From Lachnospiraceae bacterium (GTDB taxonomy: Bacteria > Bacillota > Clostridia > Lachnospirales > Lachnospiraceae), in contig JAFLTE010000011.1 in the NCBI GenBank assembly GCA_022510565.1, forward strand, positions 20,793-84,792: a stretch of 64,000 bases of DNA. The letters are read 5' to 3'. Below the pieces are notes generated by a model that did no database searches, was not told the origin of the DNA, and worked only from the letters and a program-made list of their open reading frames with translations. Made by a program: the position numbers and the translations under genes. This document shows, piece after piece, positions 1-9,689 of the stretch (position 1 is the first letter of the stretch; the number at the start of each line of letters is the position of its first letter).

Positions 1-759
1 CCTGTTTCCCTGCAGTTGTTTGGCTCCGATCCGCAGATTATGGGCGATATGGCAAAACAGATTGAGGATAGGCCTTTTGACATTCTGGATATTAATATGG
101 GATGCCCTGTGCCCAAAGTGGTGAACAATGGGGAAGGTTCAGCCTTGATGAAACAACCCGAGTTGGTGGGAAAAATCGTTTCGTCGGTGGTCAAGTCAGT
201 GAGTAAGCCCGTGACCGTCAAAATTCGTAAGGGATTTGACGATGCCCATGTCAATGCCGTGGAGATTGCGAAGATTGCGGAAGATGCCGGTGTAGCCGCG
301 ATCGTGGTTCATGGCAGAACAAGAGAGCAATATTATGCAGGTGAGGCGGATTGGGATATCATAGCGAAAGTAAAAGAAAATGTATCCGTTCCGGTAATCG
401 GTAACGGAGATATCGCGGACGGTATCGGTGCGGAGCGAATGCTGAAACAGACAGGCTGTGACGGCATCATGGTGGGACGTGCCGCGCGTGGGAACCCGTG
501 GGTCTTCCGGCAGATTACAGCATATCTTCAGGATGGAACGGTGCTTCCCAAGCCGGATAAGGAAGAGGTCAGGGAGACAATTCTGCGCCATGCAAGACTT
601 CAACGGGAATGTAAGGGAGAGTATACAGGCATTCGCGAGATGCGCAAGCACGTATCATGGTATACGGCGGGTATACCCAATTCCGCGAGATTGCGGCAGA
701 ATGTAAATATGGTGGAAGATTTTGATGAGCTGAGACGGTTGGTTGAGGAGGCTTTTTAG
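1..759 (+). CDS. dusB: tRNA-dihydrouridine synthase (5'-partial, frame open to window edge)
   Basis: QLFGSDP, DINMGCPVPKV, VHGRTREQYY and NGDI motifs of the Dus family. Confidence 0.95.
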   Translation, partial: PVSLQLFGSDPQIMGDMAKQIEDRPFDILDINMGCPVPKVVNNGEGSALMKQPELVGKIVSSVVKSVSKPVTVKIRKGFDDAHVNAVEIAKIAEDAGVAAIVVHGRTREQYYAGEADWDIIAKVKENVSVPVIGNGDIADGIGAERMLKQTGCDGIMVGRAARGNPWVFRQITAYLQDGTVLPKPDKEEVRETILRHARLQRECKGEYTGIREMRKHVSWYTAGIPNSARLRQNVNMVEDFDELRRLVEEAF

Positions 760-792
760 CATGGCTTGGTTATAATGTGCATACACTATGGT

Positions 793-1635
793 ATGGAGCA
801 TGAAACCATAATCTATTTTTATCCGGTGTCGGAGCAAAACAGAATAGCGGGAAACAGGCTTGCGGCGAAACAGTTTTGGTTTCAGGATGTCTCGCTTGCA
901 GCGAGGAAGGTTTACGAGGAGCAGGACGGATTATGTATAATCGGCTGTGCCGTACCGCCTTTTTGTTTCAGACACAGGCCGTGGAGGCCGCAGGTGCTGT
1001 CCGAGGCAATGGAAGCAGTCGTACGCCGTATGCAGGGTCTGACCGATGCGTATCTTCACCCGCAGGTCGCAGCGATGCTTCCCGAAGAGTATCATGGGCG
1101 GTGGATGCCTCGCAGACAGACGCTGCAGGCGATCATTGAGTGGATAGCGCGGCAGTACGCGCCACGCACGGTTGAGAAATGCGGGGAGGCGGTGGTGCTT
1201 TTGGGAGAGCCTGCAGACACGGAGTGGCAGATGGAGATGACTGAGGAACTGCTACGCCCCTATCTGTCGAAAATCAATCGTCTGTTGATTTATTATGAGG
1301 AGATTGCGGAGACAGATATCTGGATGGAACTTGGCAGTCATCTGGACGAGTATTACTATGAGTACGGATTGGTACCCCAGTTGGAGCCTTATGCTGAGAC
1401 GACAGACGGATTCCGATGCGGAAAACACATGTGTAATGGTATGATTCTGGATTGCTGTGCACAATTTCGCTCACCCAAGATTGCGCTAAGCGGGCAGGCG
1501 GTCTATATAGATACGACATCCACAGAGGAAAAAGAGCAGTTTTTGCTTCGTAAATCGTTACGTATTCCATACGTTTCACCGTTAAAATATCTTGACACTA
1601 TGGTAAAAAATAGTTATGATAGATTAGTTAATTAG
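793..1635 (+). CDS. hypothetical protein
   Basis: Long ORF filling the dusB-greA gap; start uncertain (766 or 793); no recognisable motif. Confidence 0.7.
   Translation: MEHETIIYFYPVSEQNRIAGNRLAAKQFWFQDVSLAARKVYEEQDGLCIIGCAVPPFCFRHRPWRPQVLSEAMEAVVRRMQGLTDAYLHPQVAAMLPEEYHGRWMPRRQTLQAIIEWIARQYAPRTVEKCGEAVVLLGEPADTEWQMEMTEELLRPYLSKINRLLIYYEEIAETDIWMELGSHLDEYYYEYGLVPQLEPYAETTDGFRCGKHMCNGMILDCCAQFRSPKIALSGQAVYIDTTSTEEKEQFLLRKSLRIPYVSPLKYLDTMVKNSYDRLVN
1592..1620 (+). promoter_or_regulatory. sigma-70/SigA promoter for greA-lysS
   Basis: TTGACA(1592-1597)-N17-TATGAT(1615-1620) inside the 3' end of the upstream ORF. Confidence 0.7.
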
Positions 1636-1699
1636 CGCGTAATAATGTTTGAATGAACAGGCGTTAATTCATGTAATAGGGAAAGGGAGAATTGTTACC

Positions 1700-2182
1700 A
1701 TGCAGGAGAAGAAAAATATCTTAACCTATGAGGGTTTGAGAAAGTATGAGGATGAGTTGCACGACCTGAAAGTTGTCAAGCGTAAAGAAGTAGCGCAGAA
1801 GATTAAAGAAGCGCGTGAGCAGGGCGACTTATCCGAGAATGCCGAGTACGATGCGGCAAAAGATGAACAGCGTGATATTGAGGCCAGAATTGAAGAATTA
1901 GAGAAGATATTAAAAAACGCAGAAGTGGTTATCGAGGACGAGGTGGATTTAGACAAGATTAACATCGGTTGTCTGGTCAGGATTCTGGATACCGAGTTTA
2001 AAGAGGAGTTGGAATACAAGATTGTAGGCTCCACCGAAGCGAACAGTTTAAAGGGCAAGATTTCCAATGAGTCTCCCGTGGGTAAAGCGCTGATCGGCGC
2101 TAAAGTGGGCGATATGGTGGAAGTAGAGACCCAAGCGGGAACCATCAAATATAAAGTGTTGGAGATTCAGAGATCGAACTAA
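1700..2182 (+). CDS. greA: transcription elongation factor GreA
   Basis: [13 protein letters not shown] and [13 protein letters not shown] motifs; GGGAGA RBS before ATG 1700. Confidence 0.97.
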   Translation: MQEKKNILTYEGLRKYEDELHDLKVVKRKEVAQKIKEAREQGDLSENAEYDAAKDEQRDIEARIEELEKILKNAEVVIEDEVDLDKINIGCLVRILDTEFKEELEYKIVGSTEANSLKGKISNESPVGKALIGAKVGDMVEVETQAGTIKYKVLEIQRSN

Positions 2183-2202
2183 CGGGAAAGGTGTATACAG
2201 AC

Positions 2203-3702
2203 ATGGCGGAAGTACAGAACCAGGGGAATGGACAGCAGGAACAGGACATCAATCAGCTTCTGAAGGTGAGACGCGAAAAGCTCTCTGCCTTACAGGAGAA
2301 CGGTAAAGACCCTTTTCAGATAACTAAATATGATGTAAGCCACCACAGTCAGGAGATAAAAGAACACTATGACGAACTGGAAGGCAAAAACGTGTCCATT
2401 GCGGGCCGCGTGATGTCCAAGCGCATTATGGGTAAGGCATCCTTCTGCAATGTTCAGGATTTGCAGGGTAATATTCAGTCCTATGTGGCAAGAGACAGCA
2501 TCGGTGAGGAGTCCTATGCCGATTTCAAGAAATATGATGTGGGTGACATCGTAGGCATAGAAGGAGAGGTGTTCACCACTAAGACAGGTGAGATTTCCAT
2601 CCATGCCGCAAAAGTGACACTACTGTCAAAAAGTCTTCAGATTTTGCCGGAGAAGTATCACGGTCTGGTGAATACAGATATTCGTTACCGCCAGAGATAC
2701 ACCGACTTGATTATGAATGAGGAAGTCAAGAAAACTTTTGTCATGCGCTCCAAGATTATCAGCTCCATCAGAAGATATCTGGACGGACAAGGCTTTCTTG
2801 AGGTGGAGACTCCTATGCTCGTGTCCAATGCGGGCGGCGCGGCGGCGAGACCTTTTGAGACACATTACAATGCGTTGGACGAGGACGTGAAACTGCGTAT
2901 TTCATTGGAATTATATTTAAAGAGATTGATTGTCGGCGGTCTGGAAAGAGTCTATGAGATTGGACGAGTGTTCCGTAACGAAGGACTGGACACCAGACAT
3001 AATCCCGAATTTACCCTGATGGAATTGTATCAGGCATATACCGATTATTACGGCATGATGGAACTGACAGAAAACCTGTTTCGCCATGTGGCTGAGGAAG
3101 TGTGCGGTACAACACAGATTCCTTACGGTGATGAAATGATTGACTTGGGAAAGCCTTTTGAGCGAATGACCATGGTAGAAGCAGTCAAGAAGTACTCGGG
3201 CGTGGATTTCGATCAGATTAAGGACACCGAGGAAGCCAAAAGAATCGCAGATGAGAAGGAAGTGCATTATGAGGCACGTCACAAGAAGGGTGATATCCTG
3301 AATTTGTTCTTCGAGGAATTTGTAGAAGAACATCTGGTGCAGCCCACCTTTATCATGGATCATCCGATCGAAGTGTCACCGCTCACGAAGAAAAAGCCGG
3401 ACAAGCCCGACTATGTGGAGCGTTTTGAGCTTTTCATTACATGCAGGGAAATGTGTAACGCATACTCTGAGTTAAATGATCCTATTGATCAGAGAGAGCG
3501 ATTTAAGGCGCAGGAAGAGGCACTGGCAGCAGGCGACGAAGAAGCCAACACGACGGACGAGGATTTCCTGAATGCACTGGAAATCGGCATGCCGCCCACA
3601 GGGGGTATCGGTTACGGTATTGACAGGCTGGTAATGCTTCTTACGAATTCTCCTGCAATCAGGGATGTGTTATTATTCCCGACGATGAAGACGCTGGGTT
3701 AG
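2203..3702 (+). CDS. lysS: lysine--tRNA ligase (class II)
   Basis: OB anticodon domain, [11 protein letters not shown]...HNPEFT motif 2, [15 protein letters not shown] motif 3. Confidence 0.98.
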   Translation: MAEVQNQGNGQQEQDINQLLKVRREKLSALQENGKDPFQITKYDVSHHSQEIKEHYDELEGKNVSIAGRVMSKRIMGKASFCNVQDLQGNIQSYVARDSIGEESYADFKKYDVGDIVGIEGEVFTTKTGEISIHAAKVTLLSKSLQILPEKYHGLVNTDIRYRQRYTDLIMNEEVKKTFVMRSKIISSIRRYLDGQGFLEVETPMLVSNAGGAAARPFETHYNALDEDVKLRISLELYLKRLIVGGLERVYEIGRVFRNEGLDTRHNPEFTLMELYQAYTDYYGMMELTENLFRHVAEEVCGTTQIPYGDEMIDLGKPFERMTMVEAVKKYSGVDFDQIKDTEEAKRIADEKEVHYEARHKKGDILNLFFEEFVEEHLVQPTFIMDHPIEVSPLTKKKPDKPDYVERFELFITCREMCNAYSELNDPIDQRERFKAQEEALAAGDEEANTTDEDFLNALEIGMPPTGGIGYGIDRLVMLLTNSPAIRDVLLFPTMKTLG

Positions 3703-4430
3703 TCTATATTACTATCTATCCCGATCAGATAGATCATCTTTACTTCCCGCCCTGATATGTGGGCAATGGCCTCTTTCAGGGTGGCATAAGGAATGCTTGC
3801 CGCATAAACCCCTTCCTGATTCCTGCGATATGCGTTGTGAAGAACATATCTGTTTTCTTCTTTCGTAATGCATACGGTATGTATCTGTGCGGTAATATTC
3901 TTTGCATCGTTATACACGGTGGCAATGAAAACCTGACATCGGCTGACCGCCGTATTCAAAGATTTATCGTCGTCCTTTTTTGCGGTTACAACCGAAAATC
4001 CTTGTCTTTTCAAGTAGGCATAAATAGCCAGCGGCGATACGCCAAACTCGCCCCATAAAGCCGCACCGTGCTTTTCGTACTCGCCGATTAGCTCTGCCAT
4101 AAAATCCAGAGAACTAGCTTTTCCCAATGCTTTTAGTGCATTGAAGGTGGCGATAATTTCACAGCCTGAATACTTCATATTATGATGAGGTCCCCACCCA
4201 TACAGGATTTCTCCCCACTCATTCTGATTTTCAATATAGGAAGAAGGTACAGCCAGAAAATCCCACTTGGCATTTTTAAATGATATTGTATTATGAACGT
4301 GATTGTTTCTTCTAATTTTTTTAGGCACGGGAATCAACGCCAATAGATAATATACATTAAGAACAACGCTGTTGCCTATATGTTTTGGAATAAAAGATAA
4401 TAAAAATTGTTTTATGGGATTTCTTTTCAT
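3699..4430 (-). CDS. hypothetical protein, possible C39/papain-like cysteine peptidase fold
   Basis: ENQ...[12 protein letters not shown]...IHTVCI...HNAY pattern (Q-C-H-N order); start chosen at MKRNP, uncertain. Confidence 0.6.
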   Translation of the reverse strand: MKRNPIKQFLLSFIPKHIGNSVVLNVYYLLALIPVPKKIRRNNHVHNTISFKNAKWDFLAVPSSYIENQNEWGEILYGWGPHHNMKYSGCEIIATFNALKALGKASSLDFMAELIGEYEKHGAALWGEFGVSPLAIYAYLKRQGFSVVTAKKDDDKSLNTAVSRCQVFIATVYNDAKNITAQIHTVCITKEENRYVLHNAYRRNQEGVYAASIPYATLKEAIAHISGREVKMIYLIGIDSNID

Positions 4431-4575
4431 AAATTCACTATTCCTGTTTATACATATAAAATAACGATGGCATGCATTGTAAGGAACCATGGGAGCGGCA
4501 CCGTAAACAATACTGTATCTTCTTGGGCATTCTCGACATGAAGACGATAGGATGCATTTAAAAATGGTTTTCCAT

Positions 4576-6015
4576 TTAATAAACTCCCATAAAGGAAAGT
4601 GTAGGACACACTCTTGAATCTGTAATACGGATACGCAGTTTTTTCACTTTCATTTCCGGAAATCGGGCAATCTTTTTATATCCCACGATGGTTCCGCGAT
4701 AGAGCATCTTTTCCTCGCCGCATTCCTTGTCCCGAGCTGTAATCTCAAAGCTTTCAATCCGTTGGCTTAAAAGAATATTCTCCTTTAGCACCACACAGGA
4801 AACGTTCGTCAGTTCGGGAAATACGATTGTGATTTCTGCAGTTCTGACCCCGTCTTCTGTTTTGAAAAAGTGAGCATATTCATCTTTCCGAACGCTCTCA
4901 ATTTCATGCCCTCTTTCATGGCTGTCAGAGCACAAAGAAGCCGATTCCAGGAGATTATGGGAGAAAGTCTTTCTCAGGGAATCGCCCATCTCTTTCAGGC
5001 GCTTCATATCATTCTCATGAAAAAGTCCCGTTTTCGTTGGAGGAATGTTCAGAAGGAATACTGCATTTCCGCCCACCGCATTGTAATAGATACGAAGCAG
5101 ATCCTCCAGCGAAAGAAGCTGGTCATCCTCTTCTTCATGATAGAACCAGCCGGGACGGATGGAAACATTTACCTCTGCAGGGTACCAGATTAGGTTTTGC
5201 TCTGCCTCAAGAATCGTGCGGCTGCCAAGATCCTGATCCCACGTATTGATTGTTCTTGTTCGAAATTCCGTATCATCCGACTGCTGGCTTTTTGACGCAA
5301 TCTTTTCAATTTCACCGGTTCTTTCGGGAACTACACTCCATTCCGATTGTCTGGTATCACCGGATTCATTTCCGTACCATCTGACATCCGGTCCACAGAC
5401 ATGAATGCAGGCTCCCGGCCGGAGACGGCGAATCACCTCATAATATCGTTCCCAGTCATAGAACTGTTTTTTTCCATCAGGTCCTTCTCCGCAGGCGCCG
5501 TCAAACCATACGGAAGCGATTTCTCCATAATTGGTCAGCAGCTCTTCCAACTGGCCGACGAAATAATCATCGTAGGCTTTTCCTTTTCCGTAGGCCTCGT
5601 TGTTTTGGTCCCAGGGAGACAGGTAAATGCCGAACCGGATGCCTCCTTTGTGGCAGGCCTCGGCCACCTCTTTCACCAGATCTCCTTTTCCGTCTCGAAA
5701 GGGACTGTTCGCTACTGTGTGCTCCGTGTAGCGGCTGGGCCAGAGACAAAATCCATCGTGGTGTTTGCATGTCAGCAGCAGCCCCTTCATTCCGGCGCTT
5801 TTTGCGGCATCTACCCACTGTTGTGCGTCAAATTCTGTGGGGTTAAAGATGGATTCCGGCTCTGTGCCGTCTCCCCATTCTTTTCCAAGGTAGGTGTTTA
5901 CGGTAAAATGCACAAAACACCAAAATTCCATTTGTTGCCAGGCCATCTGACGACTGCTTGGCACAACCGCAGTAAGGCGCCGGTCCAACTCATCCAACTT
6001 GTTTTGTAAGATCAT
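4576..6015 (-). CDS. alpha-L-fucosidase, GH29, with C-terminal F5/8-like domain
   Basis: FVHF, KHHDGFCLWPS, YLSPWD, WFDGA (nucleophile), GNE and SIRPGWFYH motifs; no signal peptide. Confidence 0.92.
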   Translation of the reverse strand: MILQNKLDELDRRLTAVVPSSRQMAWQQMEFWCFVHFTVNTYLGKEWGDGTEPESIFNPTEFDAQQWVDAAKSAGMKGLLLTCKHHDGFCLWPSRYTEHTVANSPFRDGKGDLVKEVAEACHKGGIRFGIYLSPWDQNNEAYGKGKAYDDYFVGQLEELLTNYGEIASVWFDGACGEGPDGKKQFYDWERYYEVIRRLRPGACIHVCGPDVRWYGNESGDTRQSEWSVVPERTGEIEKIASKSQQSDDTEFRTRTINTWDQDLGSRTILEAEQNLIWYPAEVNVSIRPGWFYHEEEDDQLLSLEDLLRIYYNAVGGNAVFLLNIPPTKTGLFHENDMKRLKEMGDSLRKTFSHNLLESASLCSDSHERGHEIESVRKDEYAHFFKTEDGVRTAEITIVFPELTNVSCVVLKENILLSQRIESFEITARDKECGEEKMLYRGTIVGYKKIARFPEMKVKKLRIRITDSRVCPTLSFMGVY

Positions 6016-6075
6016 AAACTTCTCCTGTTATCCTGCCGCAATGGCAGATAAGAACCTATTAAAGTATAGATTGTT

Positions 6076-6597
6076 TTATAGCCCTAAAATATGTAATGGA
6101 ATACCGTTATAAAAATAGTAACATCCCATTCGTTCTATGTATTCCAATGTATCTCTGTATTTAAAGTCTCTAAACCAATCATTGAAAATATAGATGAATT
6201 CAACCCTGTACCCTAAAGGTTTAAAAAGTTTTTCATATTCCCATTTCTTAAAGTGACAGCTCGGTAATTTTTCGTCTACAGAACCGGGGCAATTTTGAAA
6301 CTTCTTTTCTATGATGTACGCAGTGCGGTTCTCATAATTAATGAATGCTTCGTCCGGACGCCATGCTTTAGAGTTGTAATCAGCATAGTTAATTCCATGG
6401 GGTTCCAGAAAATGTGAATAGATACGAGTCTGTGGTACTGACATACCGATTTCGTATCCGTCAATGTAAACAACGTGATTTATGACTTCATATCCGGCAT
6501 AAAAGAGAGCCTCATCTAGGGATGTGGTCTGTTCAAAATGTAATCCGTTTCGGTTGGTTTGCGCACCACCGCCATATCTGTTTGGAGTTCTGGCCAT
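6076..6597 (-). CDS. PD-(D/E)XK nuclease, probable type II restriction endonuclease
   Basis: PDEAFI...IIEKKFQ...GSVDEKL catalytic pattern; GGAGG RBS; directly downstream of a C-protein-like gene and divergent from an MTase. Confidence 0.7.
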   Translation of the reverse strand: MARTPNRYGGGAQTNRNGLHFEQTTSLDEALFYAGYEVINHVVYIDGYEIGMSVPQTRIYSHFLEPHGINYADYNSKAWRPDEAFINYENRTAYIIEKKFQNCPGSVDEKLPSCHFKKWEYEKLFKPLGYRVEFIYIFNDWFRDFKYRDTLEYIERMGCYYFYNGIPLHILGL

Positions 6598-6601
6598 TAT
6601 A

Positions 6602-6835
6602 TTATACCTCCTTAAAAAATTCACATATTTCAACATTAAGTACATTAGCAATCTGATTTAATACAGATATGGACAAACTTTTATCACATCCGGCAGCCTC
6701 AATTTTGGAAAGGTAACTTATGCTTATACCGGCCTGTTCTGCAAGTTGTACTTGTGTTAATTTTGCCTGCGCTCTGTATTGTTTTATATTTGCACCTATA
6801 ACACAATATAATTCTGTATCACTGTTAAAATGCAT
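6602..6835 (-). CDS. XRE-family HTH, probable RM controller (C) protein
   Basis: IGANIKQYR...LTQVQLAEQAGISISYLSKIE...LNQIANVL; 77 aa; C-R gene order. Confidence 0.85.
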   Translation of the reverse strand: MHFNSDTELYCVIGANIKQYRAQAKLTQVQLAEQAGISISYLSKIEAAGCDKSLSISVLNQIANVLNVEICEFFKEV

Positions 6836-6846
6836 ACAACACCTCT

Positions 6847-6906
6847 TTCACTATTTGTGAATATTATGGCATGATGGTAAATATATATAAATTCACTTAT
6901 AGTGAA
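6847..6906. promoter_or_regulatory. two C-box-like palindromes TTCAC-N5-GTGAA
   Basis: TTCAC-TATTT-GTGAA (6847-6861) and TTCACT-TAT-AGTGAA (6892-6906); the second contains the ACT-TAT-AGT core of PvuII/Esp1396I-type C boxes. Confidence 0.7.
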
Positions 6907-6987
6907 ATAATAATCTTGTAGATTTTTGTTGAGATTTAATATACAATGGGAGAGCAAATAAAAGTAAAGGAGGTATGAATTATAAGT

Positions 6988-7704
6988 TTGCAACCAAATA
7001 ATTTTAAGCTTGAGCCAACCACAATCTGGTCGTTTTCGGATAGAGGTAGTTGGGCAACACATTCGGGCAAGTATCGGGGAAATTGGTCACCATATGTACC
7101 AAGGAACTTGATACTACGTTATTCAAAGCCGGGAGACTGGGTCTTAGATCAATTTATGGGTAGTGGAACAACGCTTGTTGAAGCTAAGCTGCTTAATCGT
7201 AATACGATTGGTGTTGACATCAATCAGCAATCTGTTTCAATTTCTGAAATAAATTTACGATTCCAATGTAATTCAAAATCAAAACTACATATCAGGGAAG
7301 CAAACGCAAATAATTTGAGTTTTATCAAAGATGCGAGTATTGACCTTATTTGTACTCATCCGCCATATGCCAACATTATCAAGTATAGTAAAGATATTTC
7401 GGGCGACATCTCGCTTTTGACATATGAAGAATTTTTAAAGGAAATGTCTTTAGTTGCGCAGGAGTCTTATCGTATATTAAAAAAAAGAAAAATATGTGCT
7501 TTGATGATTGGGGATATAAGAAAATATGGTAAGGTAGTTCCTTTAGGATTTCGTGTAATGGAATGTTTTTTGAAAGCAGGTTTTGTATCAAAGGAGATTA
7601 TTATTAAAGAACAGCATAATTGCCGTTCTACGGAATACTGGGAAAAGCAGGATAACAATTTTTTGTTATTGGCACACGAATATATCTTTGTGTTTCAGAA
7701 ATGA
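6988..7704 (+). CDS. amino-(N4C/N6A) DNA methyltransferase
   Basis: Motif I VLDQFMGSGTT precedes motif IV THPPY; start codon ambiguous (TTG). Confidence 0.85.
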   Translation: MQPNNFKLEPTTIWSFSDRGSWATHSGKYRGNWSPYVPRNLILRYSKPGDWVLDQFMGSGTTLVEAKLLNRNTIGVDINQQSVSISEINLRFQCNSKSKLHIREANANNLSFIKDASIDLICTHPPYANIIKYSKDISGDISLLTYEEFLKEMSLVAQESYRILKKRKICALMIGDIRKYGKVVPLGFRVMECFLKAGFVSKEIIIKEQHNCRSTEYWEKQDNNFLLLAHEYIFVFQK

Positions 7705-7800
7705 TGGATTCACATAAAGTGAAAGTTTCGGTTGTTATTTTTTATGATTACACTTATAATGTATATATATTTTTATGTTTACAAAACATGAAGAAGAGGA

Positions 7801-8640
7801 ATGCAAATGAGTAATTCAAATATCGCTCCATTTGTGAAATGGGCAGGAGGAAAGCGTCAGCTATTGTCACAGATAAAAGAGCGTATGCCGAAACAATATA
7901 ATAATTATTACGAGCCATTTGTGGGTGGCGGTGCGGTAACATTTGAATTGCTACCTGCAAATGCTCTCATAAATGATATTAACAAGGCATTGATTAACGC
8001 ATATACACAGATATGTAAAAATCCCGAAGCATTTTTGAAAACAGTTCGTCAGCTCGATTCAGAGATGTGGGAAGATGGAAAGGCATATTATTATTCAAAA
8101 AGGGAGCACTACAACGATAAGCTGATGAAAGCAGAATATGATGTAGAGTTAGCGGCATTGTTTGTATTTATAAATAAGCATTGTTTTAATGGATTGTATA
8201 GGGTAAATGGAAAGGGACTTTTTAATGTTCCATATAACAATAGTCGTAGTGCATCTGTTGATGAAAAAACGATTATGGCAATATCAGCTTTCCTGCAATC
8301 AGTAAAGATTATAGATGGGGATTTCGAAGAGGCTTGTGCTGATGCTAAAAAGGGTGATTTTGTTTTTTTTGATAGTCCGTATGCACCTTTAAACCCCACA
8401 TCCTTTGAATCATATACAAAAGAGGGATTTGATATTGAAAGTCACATACGTTTGGCAAAATTGTTTGATGACTTAACTGTAAAAGGTTGCTACTGTATGC
8501 TAACAAATCACAATACAGAATTGATAAATGAATTGTATGGTAACAAAGACTATCAGATAGATGTAGTAAGTGTGAAACGATCGATTAATTCAGATGCATC
8601 TAACAGAGTTGGCGAAGAAGTTATTATATGTAATTATTAA
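7801..8640 (+). CDS. dpnM: Dam-family adenine MTase, DpnM/M1.DpnII-like
   Basis: PFVKWAGGKRQL, EPFVGGGAV, FNGLYRVN...FNVPY and DSPY motifs. Confidence 0.88.
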   Translation: MQMSNSNIAPFVKWAGGKRQLLSQIKERMPKQYNNYYEPFVGGGAVTFELLPANALINDINKALINAYTQICKNPEAFLKTVRQLDSEMWEDGKAYYYSKREHYNDKLMKAEYDVELAALFVFINKHCFNGLYRVNGKGLFNVPYNNSRSASVDEKTIMAISAFLQSVKIIDGDFEEACADAKKGDFVFFDSPYAPLNPTSFESYTKEGFDIESHIRLAKLFDDLTVKGCYCMLTNHNTELINELYGNKDYQIDVVSVKRSINSDASNRVGEEVIICNY

Positions 8641-8653
8641 AGGGGCCGAAGTA

Positions 8654-9466
8654 ATGGAGAGCATATTTGCAAAAAAAGTGCCATTTTATTTCGAGACAGA
8701 AGAGTCACAATTGGTATTAGGTGATTCTTTTAAAATCCTTACAAGGTTGAAACCGGAATCAGTTGATATGATATTTGCTGATCCGCCGTATTTTTTAAGT
8801 AATGACGGAATTACCTGTCAGGGTGGGAAAATGGTTTCAGTAAATAAAGGTTCATGGGATAAACTTGGTGAGAGTAGAACTAGTGTAGAAGAAAAGCACC
8901 AGTTTAACAGAAAGTGGATCAGGTTATGTAGGAAAGCATTAAGGCTAAATGGTACGATTTGGATATCAGGAACATTACACAATATATATTCAATTGGTAT
9001 GGCATTGGAGCAGGAAGGTTTTAAAATAATTAATAACATAACTTGGCAGAAAACAAATCCACCACCAAACTTAGCATGTCGATGCTTCACCCATTCTACG
9101 GAAACCATATTATGGGCCAAGAAGGATGAGAAGAAGTCTCGTCATTTTTTTAATTATGAGAAAATGAAAGAAGAAAACGGTGGTAAACAAATGAAGGACG
9201 TGTGGACTGGAACATTGACGAAACCATCAGAAAAGACGGAAGGTAAACATCCGACGCAGAAACCGGAATATTTGCTTGAAAGAATTGTATTAGCTTCAAC
9301 AGAAGAGGGGCAAGTTATATTGGATCCGTTCTGTGGTTCAGGAACTACCGGAGTGGAAGCAGTATGCTTGGGCAGAAAATTTATTGGAATAGATATAAGT
9401 GAGGAATACTTGCAGATAAGTAAAAGGAGATTGGAGAAGGTGACAAATGACAAAGAGGGATTTTGA
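8654..9466 (+). CDS. dpnA: beta-class adenine MTase, DpnA/M2.DpnII-like
   Basis: IFADPPYFLSN, WQKTNPPPNLACRCFTHSTE, HPTQKP and LDPFCGSGTTG motifs. Confidence 0.88.
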   Translation: MESIFAKKVPFYFETEESQLVLGDSFKILTRLKPESVDMIFADPPYFLSNDGITCQGGKMVSVNKGSWDKLGESRTSVEEKHQFNRKWIRLCRKALRLNGTIWISGTLHNIYSIGMALEQEGFKIINNITWQKTNPPPNLACRCFTHSTETILWAKKDEKKSRHFFNYEKMKEENGGKQMKDVWTGTLTKPSEKTEGKHPTQKPEYLLERIVLASTEEGQVILDPFCGSGTTGVEAVCLGRKFIGIDISEEYLQISKRRLEKVTNDKEGF

Positions 9467-9497
9467 TGGATGGTTGGACAAATTCAGAGCCAGTTAG
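9447..9497 (+). pseudogene. dpnB: truncated N-terminus of a DpnII-family restriction endonuclease (dpnB stump)
   Basis: GGAGAAGG RBS, then MTKRDFDGWLDKFRAS* overlapping the dpnA end; resembles the R(N/D)F(D/N)xWL N-terminus of DpnII-family enzymes at the expected third position. Confidence 0.65.
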
Positions 9498-9689
9498 CTG
9501 TAAGAAGTAATGAGATTACGCACAGGATGAAAATACTGTCGATGTGAGCGATGAGCTGATGCAGCGTGCCGATATGTGGTCGAGTTGTGACGATACTGCT
9601 CTGGCGGCGGTGATGAAGAAAGCCGAAGATTCCACGGGCGATGTATTTACGGTGCTGGGCATTATGGCAGCGCACTAGAGGAGAGTTTC

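Larger units (their letters stand above)
6050..9497. other. AT-rich restriction-modification island (approximate ends)
   Basis: Visibly lower GC and AT-ending codons than the flanks; RM genes only; no integrase or terminal repeats seen. Confidence 0.7.

Noticed and set aside
2183-2202. T-box or lysine riboswitch upstream of lysS
   Set aside because: Only about 20 bp separate greA from lysS
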